Source of the DNA: an uncultured Candidatus Saccharibacteria bacterium | GTDB taxonomy: Bacteria > Patescibacteriota > Doudnabacteria > UBA920 | DNA length: 64,000 nucleotides | Reading direction: 5' to 3' | Assembly (NCBI GenBank): GCA_964536745.1 | Contig: CAZHYL010000001.1 | Location: forward strand, 76,961 to 140,960 | In this document: one piece after another, positions 10,665 through 19,571 of the stretch | How the letters are laid out: the number at the start of each line of letters is the position of its first letter | Numbering within the stretch: position 1 is the first letter of the stretch | Position numbers and translations under genes: made by a program | Notes under the pieces: model-generated | What the model was told of the DNA's origin: nothing | Database searches by the model: none | Seen by the model: the letters and a program-made list of their open reading frames with translations, nothing else

Positions 10665-10865
10665 ATGAGTAATAAGACACCAATGCTCAAGAGAGATTAT
10701 GCGATTCTGGGAAACAAAACCATCCTAACAAGCTTTATCAGTTTCGATGGCCAGAAATGGATCCCTTATGGTCAACACCTTCGTGAGACTCACGTGAAGC
10801 TTGCGCGCCGTGCAGCCAATGCCCAAAACGGCAACAATCATCAAACTTACGCCCAAACCGCGTAG
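10665..10865 (+). CDS. Hypothetical small protein (66 aa)
   Basis: Strong SD (AGGAGG) 8 nt upstream of the ATG; lies in the convergent recG/radA gap. Confidence 0.35.
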   Translation: MSNKTPMLKRDYAILGNKTILTSFISFDGQKWIPYGQHLRETHVKLARRAANAQNGNNHQTYAQTA

Positions 10866-10917
10866 AGACCAAACGCAAAATCTCGAATTGGCCCGTTGCA
10901 ATTATGTAGCGGGCTTT

Positions 10918-12219
10918 TCATTTTATCTTCAAATCTCTGATACTTTTGGCTTTAGCAATATTATCAAACCCTAGTTTTTTAGACTCTTTTTCGCGTTTTT
11001 CTTCTTGAGAGACTTTTCTAATTTCACCTAACAATCCTACTTCACCATAAGCAACTGTTCCTTTTGGAAAGGTCTTTCCATAATAGGAAGATAAAATCGC
11101 CATCACGACTGGTAAATCTGCGGCTCGCTCACTAATCTTAAACCCACCTGCAATATTTACGTAAACATCTTGATTACTAAGATTTACACCCAAAGTTTTT
11201 TGGATGATTGCAAGCAGTAACTGAAGCCGATTTGTATCAAATCCTGAAGAAACCCTTCTTGGATAACTTGCATTCGTGGTGTTAGTTAAAGCTTGAATTT
11301 CAACTAACAAAACCTTGTTTCCTTCTAGTAAAGCTGCTACACAACTTCCGGAAAGTGGTTTATCGCGATGTTCAAGAAACATAGCAGAAGCATTAGCAAC
11401 TTCGGATAATCCGGTATCCTTCATTTCAAAAACACCAACTTCACCAATACTGCCAAATCTATTTTTACTACTTCGAAGCAAACGTAACTCTCCAAGACGT
11501 TCACCTTCTAAATAGAGAACGCAGTCTACCATATGCTCAATTGTTTTCGGCCCAGCCAATAGTCCTTCTTTAGTAACATGGCCAATAAGAATTATGGCAA
11601 TGTGGGAACTTTTTGCAGTCCTAATTAACGAGTTGGTAACATAAGAAAGTTGAGCAACACCTCCAATTACACCACCGGCTTCGCCGCTGGACATAGTCTG
11701 AATAGAATCAATAATTACCACATCTGGAGAAGTACTATCGATAGCACTAACAGCTAACTCTAAACTTGTCTCGGCAAGGACGGCAATATCACCCTTAAAC
11801 TTAAGTCTGCCATTACGCATTGCAATTTGTTGAGCAGATTCTTCGCCGGAAATATATAAAACTTTTTTATTGGCGTCGTCCAATAAATTAGCCAGTTGCA
11901 AAGCCAAAGTAGATTTCCCAATCCCTGGATCACCGCCAAGCAACACAACACTTCCTGGGACCAAACCACCACCAAGAACATTGTCTAATTCTTTAATACC
12001 AGTAGCTATTCTGGCAACCTTACTGTGTTCGACCTCTGATAACTTCACAACGCCAGCCGAACCGTTCAAACCAAAGCTAGGCTGGATTTTGCCAGTTTTG
12101 CCTGTCTGAATAGTCTTTTCAGTGAAACTATTCCATTGCTCGCAAGAAGGGCATTTCCCTTGCCATCTAGGGCTCTGGAATGAACAATTTTCGCAGATAA
12201 ATACTGTTTTTAAAGCCAT
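10918..12219 (-). CDS. radA: DNA repair protein RadA/Sms
   Basis: N-terminal C4 zinc finger (CENCSFQSP...CPSC), RecA-like Walker A (GGDPGIGKSTL), C-terminal Lon-like domain. Confidence 0.9.
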   Translation of the reverse strand: MALKTVFICENCSFQSPRWQGKCPSCEQWNSFTEKTIQTGKTGKIQPSFGLNGSAGVVKLSEVEHSKVARIATGIKELDNVLGGGLVPGSVVLLGGDPGIGKSTLALQLANLLDDANKKVLYISGEESAQQIAMRNGRLKFKGDIAVLAETSLELAVSAIDSTSPDVVIIDSIQTMSSGEAGGVIGGVAQLSYVTNSLIRTAKSSHIAIILIGHVTKEGLLAGPKTIEHMVDCVLYLEGERLGELRLLRSSKNRFGSIGEVGVFEMKDTGLSEVANASAMFLEHRDKPLSGSCVAALLEGNKVLLVEIQALTNTTNASYPRRVSSGFDTNRLQLLLAIIQKTLGVNLSNQDVYVNIAGGFKISERAADLPVVMAILSSYYGKTFPKGTVAYGEVGLLGEIRKVSQEEKREKESKKLGFDNIAKAKSIRDLKIK

Positions 12220-12311
12220 AAGTATATATTTATATTAGTATTATACCTTAATGATTCTAAAATTTAGATAAAATAAAAGGGCAACCAAATTGGTTGCCCT
12301 AATAAACTTTT

Positions 12312-13457
12312 TTACTGCATCATCAGATAATACAGAGAATTATCATTGCCATTCTTAAAGAACAAAACTTTATTATCTAAACTTACAAACATTTCCTCTA
12401 CATCCATATTTGCACCTGGATCGTACTGGGTAGTGCTGTTGCTGTACAAATCAAGTTTGTAAATCCGATCCGAACTACCAGTAGAACTTGTGGAAGGAAC
12501 AGCCATTATGATACTCAAGCTATCCTTTCCCCACAATGCTTTAGTCTCTGTTGTGTTATAACCTAAGCTTCTAATTTCACCAGTCGCTACATCGCCCATA
12601 TACAAAGCTGTGGCTTGAGTACTAGGATCTTTTCTAGTAAACAAAAACTTTTTACTATCCGGACTAAATAATACACCGCGATTATATCCATCACGCACCA
12701 AAGTCTTAAAGTTCTTGCCATCTGGAGTAACAGAGACGATACTATTTTTTGTTAAATCACTGCTTTGTGTTCTGTAAAATAATATTGTTTGGCCATCTGG
12801 AGAGACCTTGATTTCATTATCTGGTTCGTACAAATCTGTTAAGACCTGATAGTTACTTGTGTCTGGATCAGATATATTTAAAGTTGCTTTTCCATCATCG
12901 CCAACCCAAACAAACAAAATTTTATTACCTGAAGGCATCCAGTCTACACTTTTTACTTGCCTTGGTAAGTCTACATAAGAACCTGTATCTGGGTTGTAGT
13001 AACTCCATGTTCTGGAAGCACCATCACCAGACTCTGCGATATAGCTACTCCCCACTGCCGGCCATAAAATTCTTCTAATATTACTTTTTTGTGGTACAAC
13101 TAATTCTGTCTTATTACTTAGTAAAACAGTGTTGCCTGTGATAGACATTTGAGTTCTGAAAAGTTGTCCCTGATTATTGAAATATGCGATTCCATCCCCT
13201 TGGAAAAATAGTGCAGGGGTAATTACTGAATCATTGGTCAATCGCGTGGCTTGAGAAGTTGGAGTTTCTTCTTCAACAGGAACTTCCTCTTCTTCAACAG
13301 GAACCTCTACAACAGGTTCTTCAACCACTGTTGGCTCTTCGGTAGCAACTTCTTCTGGAGTCGAATTCGACGAAGAACGATACCAAATAATAAAACTTAA
13401 TGTACCTACTATTAGTACAAAAATACCTCCTAAAATGGCAATGGCTTTCTTATTCAA
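12312..13457 (-). CDS. Membrane-anchored TolB-like beta-propeller (PD40 repeat) protein
   Basis: N-terminal TM helix, an acidic Pro/Glu/Val linker, and repeated SPDG/SPDS motifs (SPDGQTILFYRT, SPDSKKFLFTRK). Confidence 0.65.
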   Translation of the reverse strand: MNKKAIAILGGIFVLIVGTLSFIIWYRSSSNSTPEEVATEEPTVVEEPVVEVPVEEEEVPVEEETPTSQATRLTNDSVITPALFFQGDGIAYFNNQGQLFRTQMSITGNTVLLSNKTELVVPQKSNIRRILWPAVGSSYIAESGDGASRTWSYYNPDTGSYVDLPRQVKSVDWMPSGNKILFVWVGDDGKATLNISDPDTSNYQVLTDLYEPDNEIKVSPDGQTILFYRTQSSDLTKNSIVSVTPDGKNFKTLVRDGYNRGVLFSPDSKKFLFTRKDPSTQATALYMGDVATGEIRSLGYNTTETKALWGKDSLSIIMAVPSTSSTGSSDRIYKLDLYSNSTTQYDPGANMDVEEMFVSLDNKVLFFKNGNDNSLYYLMMQ

Positions 13458-13521
13458 TGATTTTTAGTTAATTTTGTTTCAATATTCACCAAACTTAGGC
13501 TTTTTATTATTATAGCATATT

Positions 13522-14811
13522 TTAAAAGTTTTTGATATCTTTGCAAATATCTGACATGGTCGAGAAATACTCTGTCCCCGTTGCCCAGTCTACTAAAGAA
13601 CCAGCGGCAGAAGCGATAGTACCTATTACACCAGTGCCTCCAAAAGCAGAAGCCACACTAGACTCAACGCAAATATAAAAGAGTAGCCCAGCTAAAAATA
13701 AACTTACAATTACAAACACCACAAAATCTACGAATACTAAAATTGCTAACTCCCACTTTCGAGCAAGCCCTTGAAATTTACCAGCATCTTTAAAAAAGAT
13801 CCCAATAATTGCATATATATTTAGCACTATTAACAAAGGCACACCAAAGATCCAACCAACCACACTAAAAGTCAAACCAATGGTTATCAATAACCAAATG
13901 AACATAAGAATCGACATGTAGGCTTTTTCGGCATGGAATTTGGCTTTCTTAAGATTGCCATTTTTCAATTCAAAAGCCATATCGATTGCATCACCAATCC
14001 CTAAACTGATAGCGATATTAAGTAATAAAGAGACCAGCAATCCTAATCCTAAGGTCTCTGGACCAGACGCAGCTCCTGCTGCTGCAATTCCTGTTTGAAG
14101 TGCCTTTACTCCTGTTGCCGCAGCCTTTGCACCTTTTGCAGCAGTTGCGGCTGTCTTAGCGGTCTTAGCTGCTTTTGCAGCTCTTGCAGCTGCTTTAGCT
14201 CTCTGAGCAACTGCTTTCGCTGCCTGGAACCCCTCTTTTAAATTCCCTGGCTTCAAGCCTTTTTGAAAACCTTTTTGGAAAGCTCTATTACCAATCTTAT
14301 CGCCCACTTTATCTGACAGGTATTTCCGAGCACGCTGCTTAGCCTCTTCTTTTACCTTTTCTCGATTCTCTGGCGTGTCACTTTTAAAAGCATTCTTATC
14401 GCCTAAGAATTTTTCACCTGCCCATTTGGTTGGCTTATTTCGAACAACCGCATTAGCTCGTTTGTATGCCCTACTTGCTTGATCTCGCAAGCCACCTCTT
14501 CTAGAATCACGATACTGATCTTGGAACTCACCATCTTTCATCCCTTCTTTATTCATAGAAGGATACTCGCTATCCTGAAAATCTGATACGACTCTACCAG
14601 AAGACTGGTAGCCATCATTTGGGTCATCTTGAAAAGGCTGACGAGGATTCACAGAATTATACGAATCGTCATCCGTTAAACCGGTATTATTGTAACTATC
14701 TCGGATATTCTGACCTGGTTCATAATCATTATTAACAGAACCTCCCCCTGCAATATTGTTTGGAGGAGGTCCAGAATCGGAGCCTCGGTTTCTTGTATCG
14801 TCTAGCAACAT
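13522..14811 (-). CDS. Polytopic membrane protein with a ~230-aa disordered D/N/G/Q/K-rich N-terminus and an Ala/Lys repeat; last gene of the T4SS-like operon
   Basis: Low-complexity N-terminal region, then AKAAARAAKAAKTAKTAATAAKGAKAAATGVKA, then at least four TM helices. Confidence 0.55.
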   Translation of the reverse strand: MLLDDTRNRGSDSGPPPNNIAGGGSVNNDYEPGQNIRDSYNNTGLTDDDSYNSVNPRQPFQDDPNDGYQSSGRVVSDFQDSEYPSMNKEGMKDGEFQDQYRDSRRGGLRDQASRAYKRANAVVRNKPTKWAGEKFLGDKNAFKSDTPENREKVKEEAKQRARKYLSDKVGDKIGNRAFQKGFQKGLKPGNLKEGFQAAKAVAQRAKAAARAAKAAKTAKTAATAAKGAKAAATGVKALQTGIAAAGAASGPETLGLGLLVSLLLNIAISLGIGDAIDMAFELKNGNLKKAKFHAEKAYMSILMFIWLLITIGLTFSVVGWIFGVPLLIVLNIYAIIGIFFKDAGKFQGLARKWELAILVFVDFVVFVIVSLFLAGLLFYICVESSVASAFGGTGVIGTIASAAGSLVDWATGTEYFSTMSDICKDIKNF

Positions 14812-14815
14812 TATG

Positions 14816-16660
14816 TTAGGTATTTAGCTCTTCTTTGCTTTGCTCTATTTCTAATAACTGCTTTGGATCGGTAGTAATAATTTGATCCTCGACATAAGAT
14901 GCATAAATCTTAATTGCTGCGTGCTTAAGACCTGCGAAGAATATGCCTTCACCAACATCACTTTCGAGTAATAAATACTTTTCCCCTTCAGTTAAGAAGA
15001 AAGTTTCGGCAACAACATCAATAGCGGCTGGACTTTGCTTCAACAGCAACTGAATCGAAGAGTTCGTAACAATTGGTTTACCGTAAGGACTAGCCATAAA
15101 ATCGGCCACATCTTGAGTGATTGTGGTTAGCCCAAGATAATATTTACGAGCACGTTTTGCTATACCAAACACGAATCGTGCGCTATCTTCATGTTGCATC
15201 ATAATCCAAGCTTCATCCAAAACCAAAATTCTTCTCTTAAGCTCACTCCTAACAACGTTCCAAATATGACCTAAAATAATGTACATTGCTATTGGTCGCA
15301 GCTGATCTTCCAAATCTCGGATAGAGAAAACTAAAAGTTGATTCTTTAACACAACGTTAGTTTGGTTATTAAGCAATCCAGCAAAAGTTCCTTCTGTGAA
15401 CTTGCCTAATCTTTGAGCCAAACCTTCTCCTCCTACCATTCCAGAGAGAATCTCGATTAAATCACTCATAATTGGCATTTCTGCTGTAGCAAAATCGCTC
15501 TGTTCTGTAATATCTTTCTTAGCATAAGTTTGCCAAAGAGCCTTATCTAAAATAGCTTCTTCGGTTGGGTCCAGCTTACCAAGTACTAATCCCATTAATC
15601 CGACTAAATTAATAATTGCGCTACGTAAAATATCTCCCTTATCTTCATCGTCCAAACCAATAGGTAAATCGAAAGGATTGATACGAAAATCGGAGTTCAA
15701 AGAAATATTTATATAAGTACCACCAACTGCCTCTGCTAGATGCTGATACTCATTTTCTGGATCAATAACAATTACTTCAATACCAACCATTAACGATCGC
15801 AAGATTTCTAATTTAATCGAGTAAGATTTTCCTGCACCGGATTTAGCAAACACTACGAAATTAGCATTTTCCATTTGGAATCTATCAAACAAGATCAAAC
15901 TATTGTTATGCCGATTAATTCCATACAATATCCCATCATTACCAGTTAAATCAGAAGATACAAATGGAAAAGTACTAGATAACGGGCTAGTGTTTAGATT
16001 ACTGGTTACATCTAACTCATCTAATGCAAGAGGAAGTGTAGAATTAAATCCAGACTCCACAGCCAACATCGCTCTTTTTGTTACCACTAACTTAGCACCT
16101 AATGCACTCTCTAGAACTTTTGAATTTTTATCTAACTCGTCTAAAGTATCTGAATACAAAGTGAAGTACAGTGCGAACCGGAAAAAATGTTCTACACCTT
16201 GCTGTAGCTGATCTCGCAATTCTTCTACGTCATGATACGCAGTTTCTAGTAATGGGTTTCTTGCCAAACCTTTTTCTTGTTCAATGGTGATTTGAGATCC
16301 GATCTCACCAATCTTACTCTTTAACTTCTTAAGTACCATCCCAGAATCGATTGGATAGATAAACATAGAAACATCTAAAGCACTTTCCGAATTGATTATA
16401 AATGATAGCCAATTAGATGATAAAAACCTTGGGTAGGCCAGCACAAAGAAACTACGGCCAAATTTGCCATTTAGTTCAAAATAAGAATTAGTGAACTTAA
16501 GTGAAGACGGCGCCAATAAATCTTTTAAAGTAGTAACACCTTCCCGATACTCTTTTTCTACTTCTGCCAACTTTTTGTCCGCAGATATTTCGCCTTTAAG
16601 ATGCTCGAGTTCGGCCTTCTTCTTATCTATTTCGCTTTTATCTAATGAAAATAAAGCCAT
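14816..16660 (-). CDS. virB4: VirB4/TrbE/CagE-family type IV secretion ATPase, C-terminal ATPase module
   Basis: Walker A FAKSGAGKSY, Walker B ILVLDEAW, 614 aa. The start ATG overlaps the stop of the upstream ORF (TAATG). Confidence 0.85.
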   Translation of the reverse strand: MALFSLDKSEIDKKKAELEHLKGEISADKKLAEVEKEYREGVTTLKDLLAPSSLKFTNSYFELNGKFGRSFFVLAYPRFLSSNWLSFIINSESALDVSMFIYPIDSGMVLKKLKSKIGEIGSQITIEQEKGLARNPLLETAYHDVEELRDQLQQGVEHFFRFALYFTLYSDTLDELDKNSKVLESALGAKLVVTKRAMLAVESGFNSTLPLALDELDVTSNLNTSPLSSTFPFVSSDLTGNDGILYGINRHNNSLILFDRFQMENANFVVFAKSGAGKSYSIKLEILRSLMVGIEVIVIDPENEYQHLAEAVGGTYINISLNSDFRINPFDLPIGLDDEDKGDILRSAIINLVGLMGLVLGKLDPTEEAILDKALWQTYAKKDITEQSDFATAEMPIMSDLIEILSGMVGGEGLAQRLGKFTEGTFAGLLNNQTNVVLKNQLLVFSIRDLEDQLRPIAMYIILGHIWNVVRSELKRRILVLDEAWIMMQHEDSARFVFGIAKRARKYYLGLTTITQDVADFMASPYGKPIVTNSSIQLLLKQSPAAIDVVAETFFLTEGEKYLLLESDVGEGIFFAGLKHAAIKIYASYVEDQIITTDPKQLLEIEQSKEELNT

Positions 16661-17349
16661 TATGTTTCTATGTCCTTGATAGTTACTTTAGTTAACTGTC
16701 CAGCGTCTATTGCTGGGCCAGAGGCAAAATTATAGGAATTATAGACTAATTCGATTAACTGATCTGTTTTCATTCTTACAACTCTTAAACCTGAGCTAGA
16801 TAATGCAGCCGATACAGTATTCGTCCGCTCATCTAATTGCTTTTTATAAGCTACAAAGTTAGCTTCACGGTCGGAAATTTCTTTCGTCTTTCCAGAGCCA
16901 AACCACTTACTAAAGATACTTGTTGCCGCAGGATTGATACTGGTATCAAATGGCACAATCACATAAAAATTCTTATTCATTACATTAGCCGATTCAACTA
17001 ACCTATCGATAAATTCGATGTACTCTTGTGTTTGCATCCGCATCAACTCGTTAGTCTGCTTAAGCATCATAACTTTTAGTTTGTCTGTATACTCTGCGAT
17101 ATCCATCTTCCGAGATTGCATTAAAATCTGGACATGAAATTCCAAAGAATTCACAAAACGTTGATAGCTATAAATTAAAGCATTTTGTTCTTCTTCACTC
17201 TTTAAATCAAAATTAGTACTAGACACAGCTAAAACAGCTCGTAAAGTACCATTATTCATTACGATTACGTCATCTCTAATTTCAGACAATTTCAAAAACT
17301 GTTGAGTAGGAGAGCCTATTTTCTTTTTTGTCTTTATTTCATCTGCCAT
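16660..17349 (-). CDS. VirB4 N-terminal (CagE_TrbE_VirB-type) domain encoded as a separate ORF
   Basis: DDVIVMNNGTLRAVLAVSSTNFDLKSEEEQNALIYSYQRFVNSLEFHVQILMQSRK matches the conserved VirB4 N-domain pattern (..kDGsl.avl.l.G..fe...deel......l...l..l......H....r). No TM helices; 229 aa. Confidence 0.6.
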   Translation of the reverse strand: MADEIKTKKKIGSPTQQFLKLSEIRDDVIVMNNGTLRAVLAVSSTNFDLKSEEEQNALIYSYQRFVNSLEFHVQILMQSRKMDIAEYTDKLKVMMLKQTNELMRMQTQEYIEFIDRLVESANVMNKNFYVIVPFDTSINPAATSIFSKWFGSGKTKEISDREANFVAYKKQLDERTNTVSAALSSSGLRVVRMKTDQLIELVYNSYNFASGPAIDAGQLTKVTIKDIET

Positions 17350-17352
17350 AAT

Positions 17353-17808
17353 TTATTTTTGGATTTCCCTGTTTTGTTTGATTCTATTTATTAGATCTAA
17401 CTCTTCGGATTGTTGCTGCTGCAATATATAATTCAATTCTTTTATCTTAACTGCCGTTTCTTTAGCATTCTTGGGAGCAACTTTCTCTTCTACTATTTTT
17501 GGTGCCACTTGCTCAAATTCATCTCGCCCTTCCTTGTGATAAACATAAACTTTTGGACCAAACAAAAACTGAACAAAATTCCCAGCACTAGCATAGAGAG
17601 GTCGCCCATTTAATTTCCCAAATGTCAAAGCCAAAGCTGGAACTCCAGTGATACAACCCACTGCTATAGTAGCTGGAATGTTCTTACTCATAACGTAAAT
17701 TACAAAAGTAAATACAGATGCGCCAAAAACGATTGCAAATTGCTTAAAAGTTAAGCCAGCAATAATTTTATCTTCAACGTCTGTAAATTGTGGGACTGGA
17801 AACTGCAT
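17353..17808 (-). CDS. VirB3/PrgI-like small membrane protein
   Basis: 151 aa with two hydrophobic helices near the N-terminus, located immediately upstream of VirB4 as VirB3 usually is. Confidence 0.5.
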   Translation of the reverse strand: MQFPVPQFTDVEDKIIAGLTFKQFAIVFGASVFTFVIYVMSKNIPATIAVGCITGVPALALTFGKLNGRPLYASAGNFVQFLFGPKVYVYHKEGRDEFEQVAPKIVEEKVAPKNAKETAVKIKELNYILQQQQSEELDLINRIKQNREIQK

Positions 17809-17834
17809 AAAACTTACTTTACTATTATATCAAA

Positions 17835-18674
17835 CTAAATTCGGTTAACTTTAAGAGAAAGTAACAAATCGGTGATAAACTCAAACTCTTCTTGAGATAA
17901 AGGTAATACCCCATTCACCCCGCCAGCCAATTTCTGTTTACCATACTCTAAATAGTCTTTATAAAGCGGGCTTTGCTCTATATTACTCAATACTTGAAAA
18001 TAACCATACTGGCTCACAAACCCGAGCAGCTTCTGATAAAACTCCGATCGATACGATCCAGATAACACCGCTGAAGTAACTCCAGCTACATCATTGATGC
18101 TTTGAATGCTTAAACCAGAATCTTCATCCCTACCCATTGGCCTAACTCTTGAAGTAATGGGTTGCTTAGCTACCTCGACGCTGACATCGGACTGCGGCGG
18201 TTCAGGAACAGGGCTTGGCTTAGCTACAGGAGGTACCGGAGATGATCTTCGGTGAGACAGCTGATTAGGCATATTGCTAATATGAGGCATCGCCGTTGCC
18301 TTCGTACTCATCAATGGCAAACTAGAACCAGATGGTTTTGGTGGAAGAGGTCCAGAGGATTGCATTGGTCTAAGTCCCTCTGTATTTGATCTCTGAACAG
18401 GAATAGGTGTTGATGGTCTTGCCACCGGAGGGGGCACAACTGGACGAGAAACTTGAGGAGGGCTCACAGGTTGTGGTTTAACAAATTGAGGTGAAGTAGT
18501 TGTTGAGTTAGTAGTCGAGGGTTGAGGGGTTTTTAAAATCTCTTCCAATTCTGCAATCTGCTTATCATTCATCAAGGATGTTAAAGCCAACCAATCTTGT
18601 TTTTCTTGAGAGGTTAGAATGCTGGAGGTTTGTACCAACTGTTTAATTTGTAAAAGTCTTGCTTGGTCTATCAT
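17835..18674 (-). CDS. Hypothetical proline-rich protein (T4SS-like operon)
   Basis: 279 aa, a central Pro/Ser/Thr/Val-rich low-complexity segment, no TM helix. Confidence 0.55.
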   Translation of the reverse strand: MIDQARLLQIKQLVQTSSILTSQEKQDWLALTSLMNDKQIAELEEILKTPQPSTTNSTTTSPQFVKPQPVSPPQVSRPVVPPPVARPSTPIPVQRSNTEGLRPMQSSGPLPPKPSGSSLPLMSTKATAMPHISNMPNQLSHRRSSPVPPVAKPSPVPEPPQSDVSVEVAKQPITSRVRPMGRDEDSGLSIQSINDVAGVTSAVLSGSYRSEFYQKLLGFVSQYGYFQVLSNIEQSPLYKDYLEYGKQKLAGGVNGVLPLSQEEFEFITDLLLSLKVNRI

Positions 18675-19571
18675 TTATTTCTTTTTGCGTTGTTTTAAGT
18701 CTTCTAATTTTGCTTGAATCTCTTCTTCTTGTTTTGACTTAATCGTTTCATCTATATCGACATTGGTTCCTTGATCGAAAACCAGACCACGCCTTGGTTG
18801 GGCTTTCAAATCCAAATCTTTTGCTAACGGAATCTTGAAATCAGAAACCGTTCGCTCTTGCTTCTGAGGAACTATTGGGGGTAAAGGCCCTTCAGCAACA
18901 GAAGTCACATCTTCTTCATCTATTCCCGAAAAAGCCATATTTATATCTAATTCAGAAATTTGCTCTGGGACATCTTTAGGATCTACAACCTCTGGCAACA
19001 TTTCCCACATCAAGACATTTCTATCACAAAAATTGTACAACTTAAATATGGATTGAAGTATGAACTTCTGATATGGATCTAAATTTTTTACATTTTCACC
19101 ATCATTAAAATATTTAACTAGACCTAAAGCATCGCTACCCAAACCTTTTGATGAGGCAAAAGATAGATAATCACTTAGCCAACTAGAAATAACAGGCGCG
19201 CCCTTTTTAGAAGAAACAACAATTTCTTTTCCTCCCACCGGTTCATTATTGGTGCTGATTATATTTTTAACCTGTTTACATAACTCGACCTCATCCGGAA
19301 TGAAATTATACTGTGCCAAATACTCCTCAAACTGCTCAGCTAAATCAAACCCTTCTATCTCATAAGCGAGTAGTAAAGATTGCTTCATTAAGCTAGCAAG
19401 TTGTGTCGCGGATAAGCTATTCATTCTAATATAGCTTAACTGAATCTTTAACTCATTAGTTAAGGGTTGTCCTGTTTCATCTACTCCAGCAGTCAACACC
19501 TTGATCGCTAAGTACTGATCCTTTGTATTAAGAATATCTTGCAGCTTTATAATTTGATTTTGAGCGCTCAT
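18675..19571 (-). CDS. Hypothetical protein (T4SS-like operon)
   Basis: 298 aa, no TM helix; its start overlaps the stop of the upstream giant ORF (ATGA). Confidence 0.55.
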   Translation of the reverse strand: MSAQNQIIKLQDILNTKDQYLAIKVLTAGVDETGQPLTNELKIQLSYIRMNSLSATQLASLMKQSLLLAYEIEGFDLAEQFEEYLAQYNFIPDEVELCKQVKNIISTNNEPVGGKEIVVSSKKGAPVISSWLSDYLSFASSKGLGSDALGLVKYFNDGENVKNLDPYQKFILQSIFKLYNFCDRNVLMWEMLPEVVDPKDVPEQISELDINMAFSGIDEEDVTSVAEGPLPPIVPQKQERTVSDFKIPLAKDLDLKAQPRRGLVFDQGTNVDIDETIKSKQEEEIQAKLEDLKQRKKK

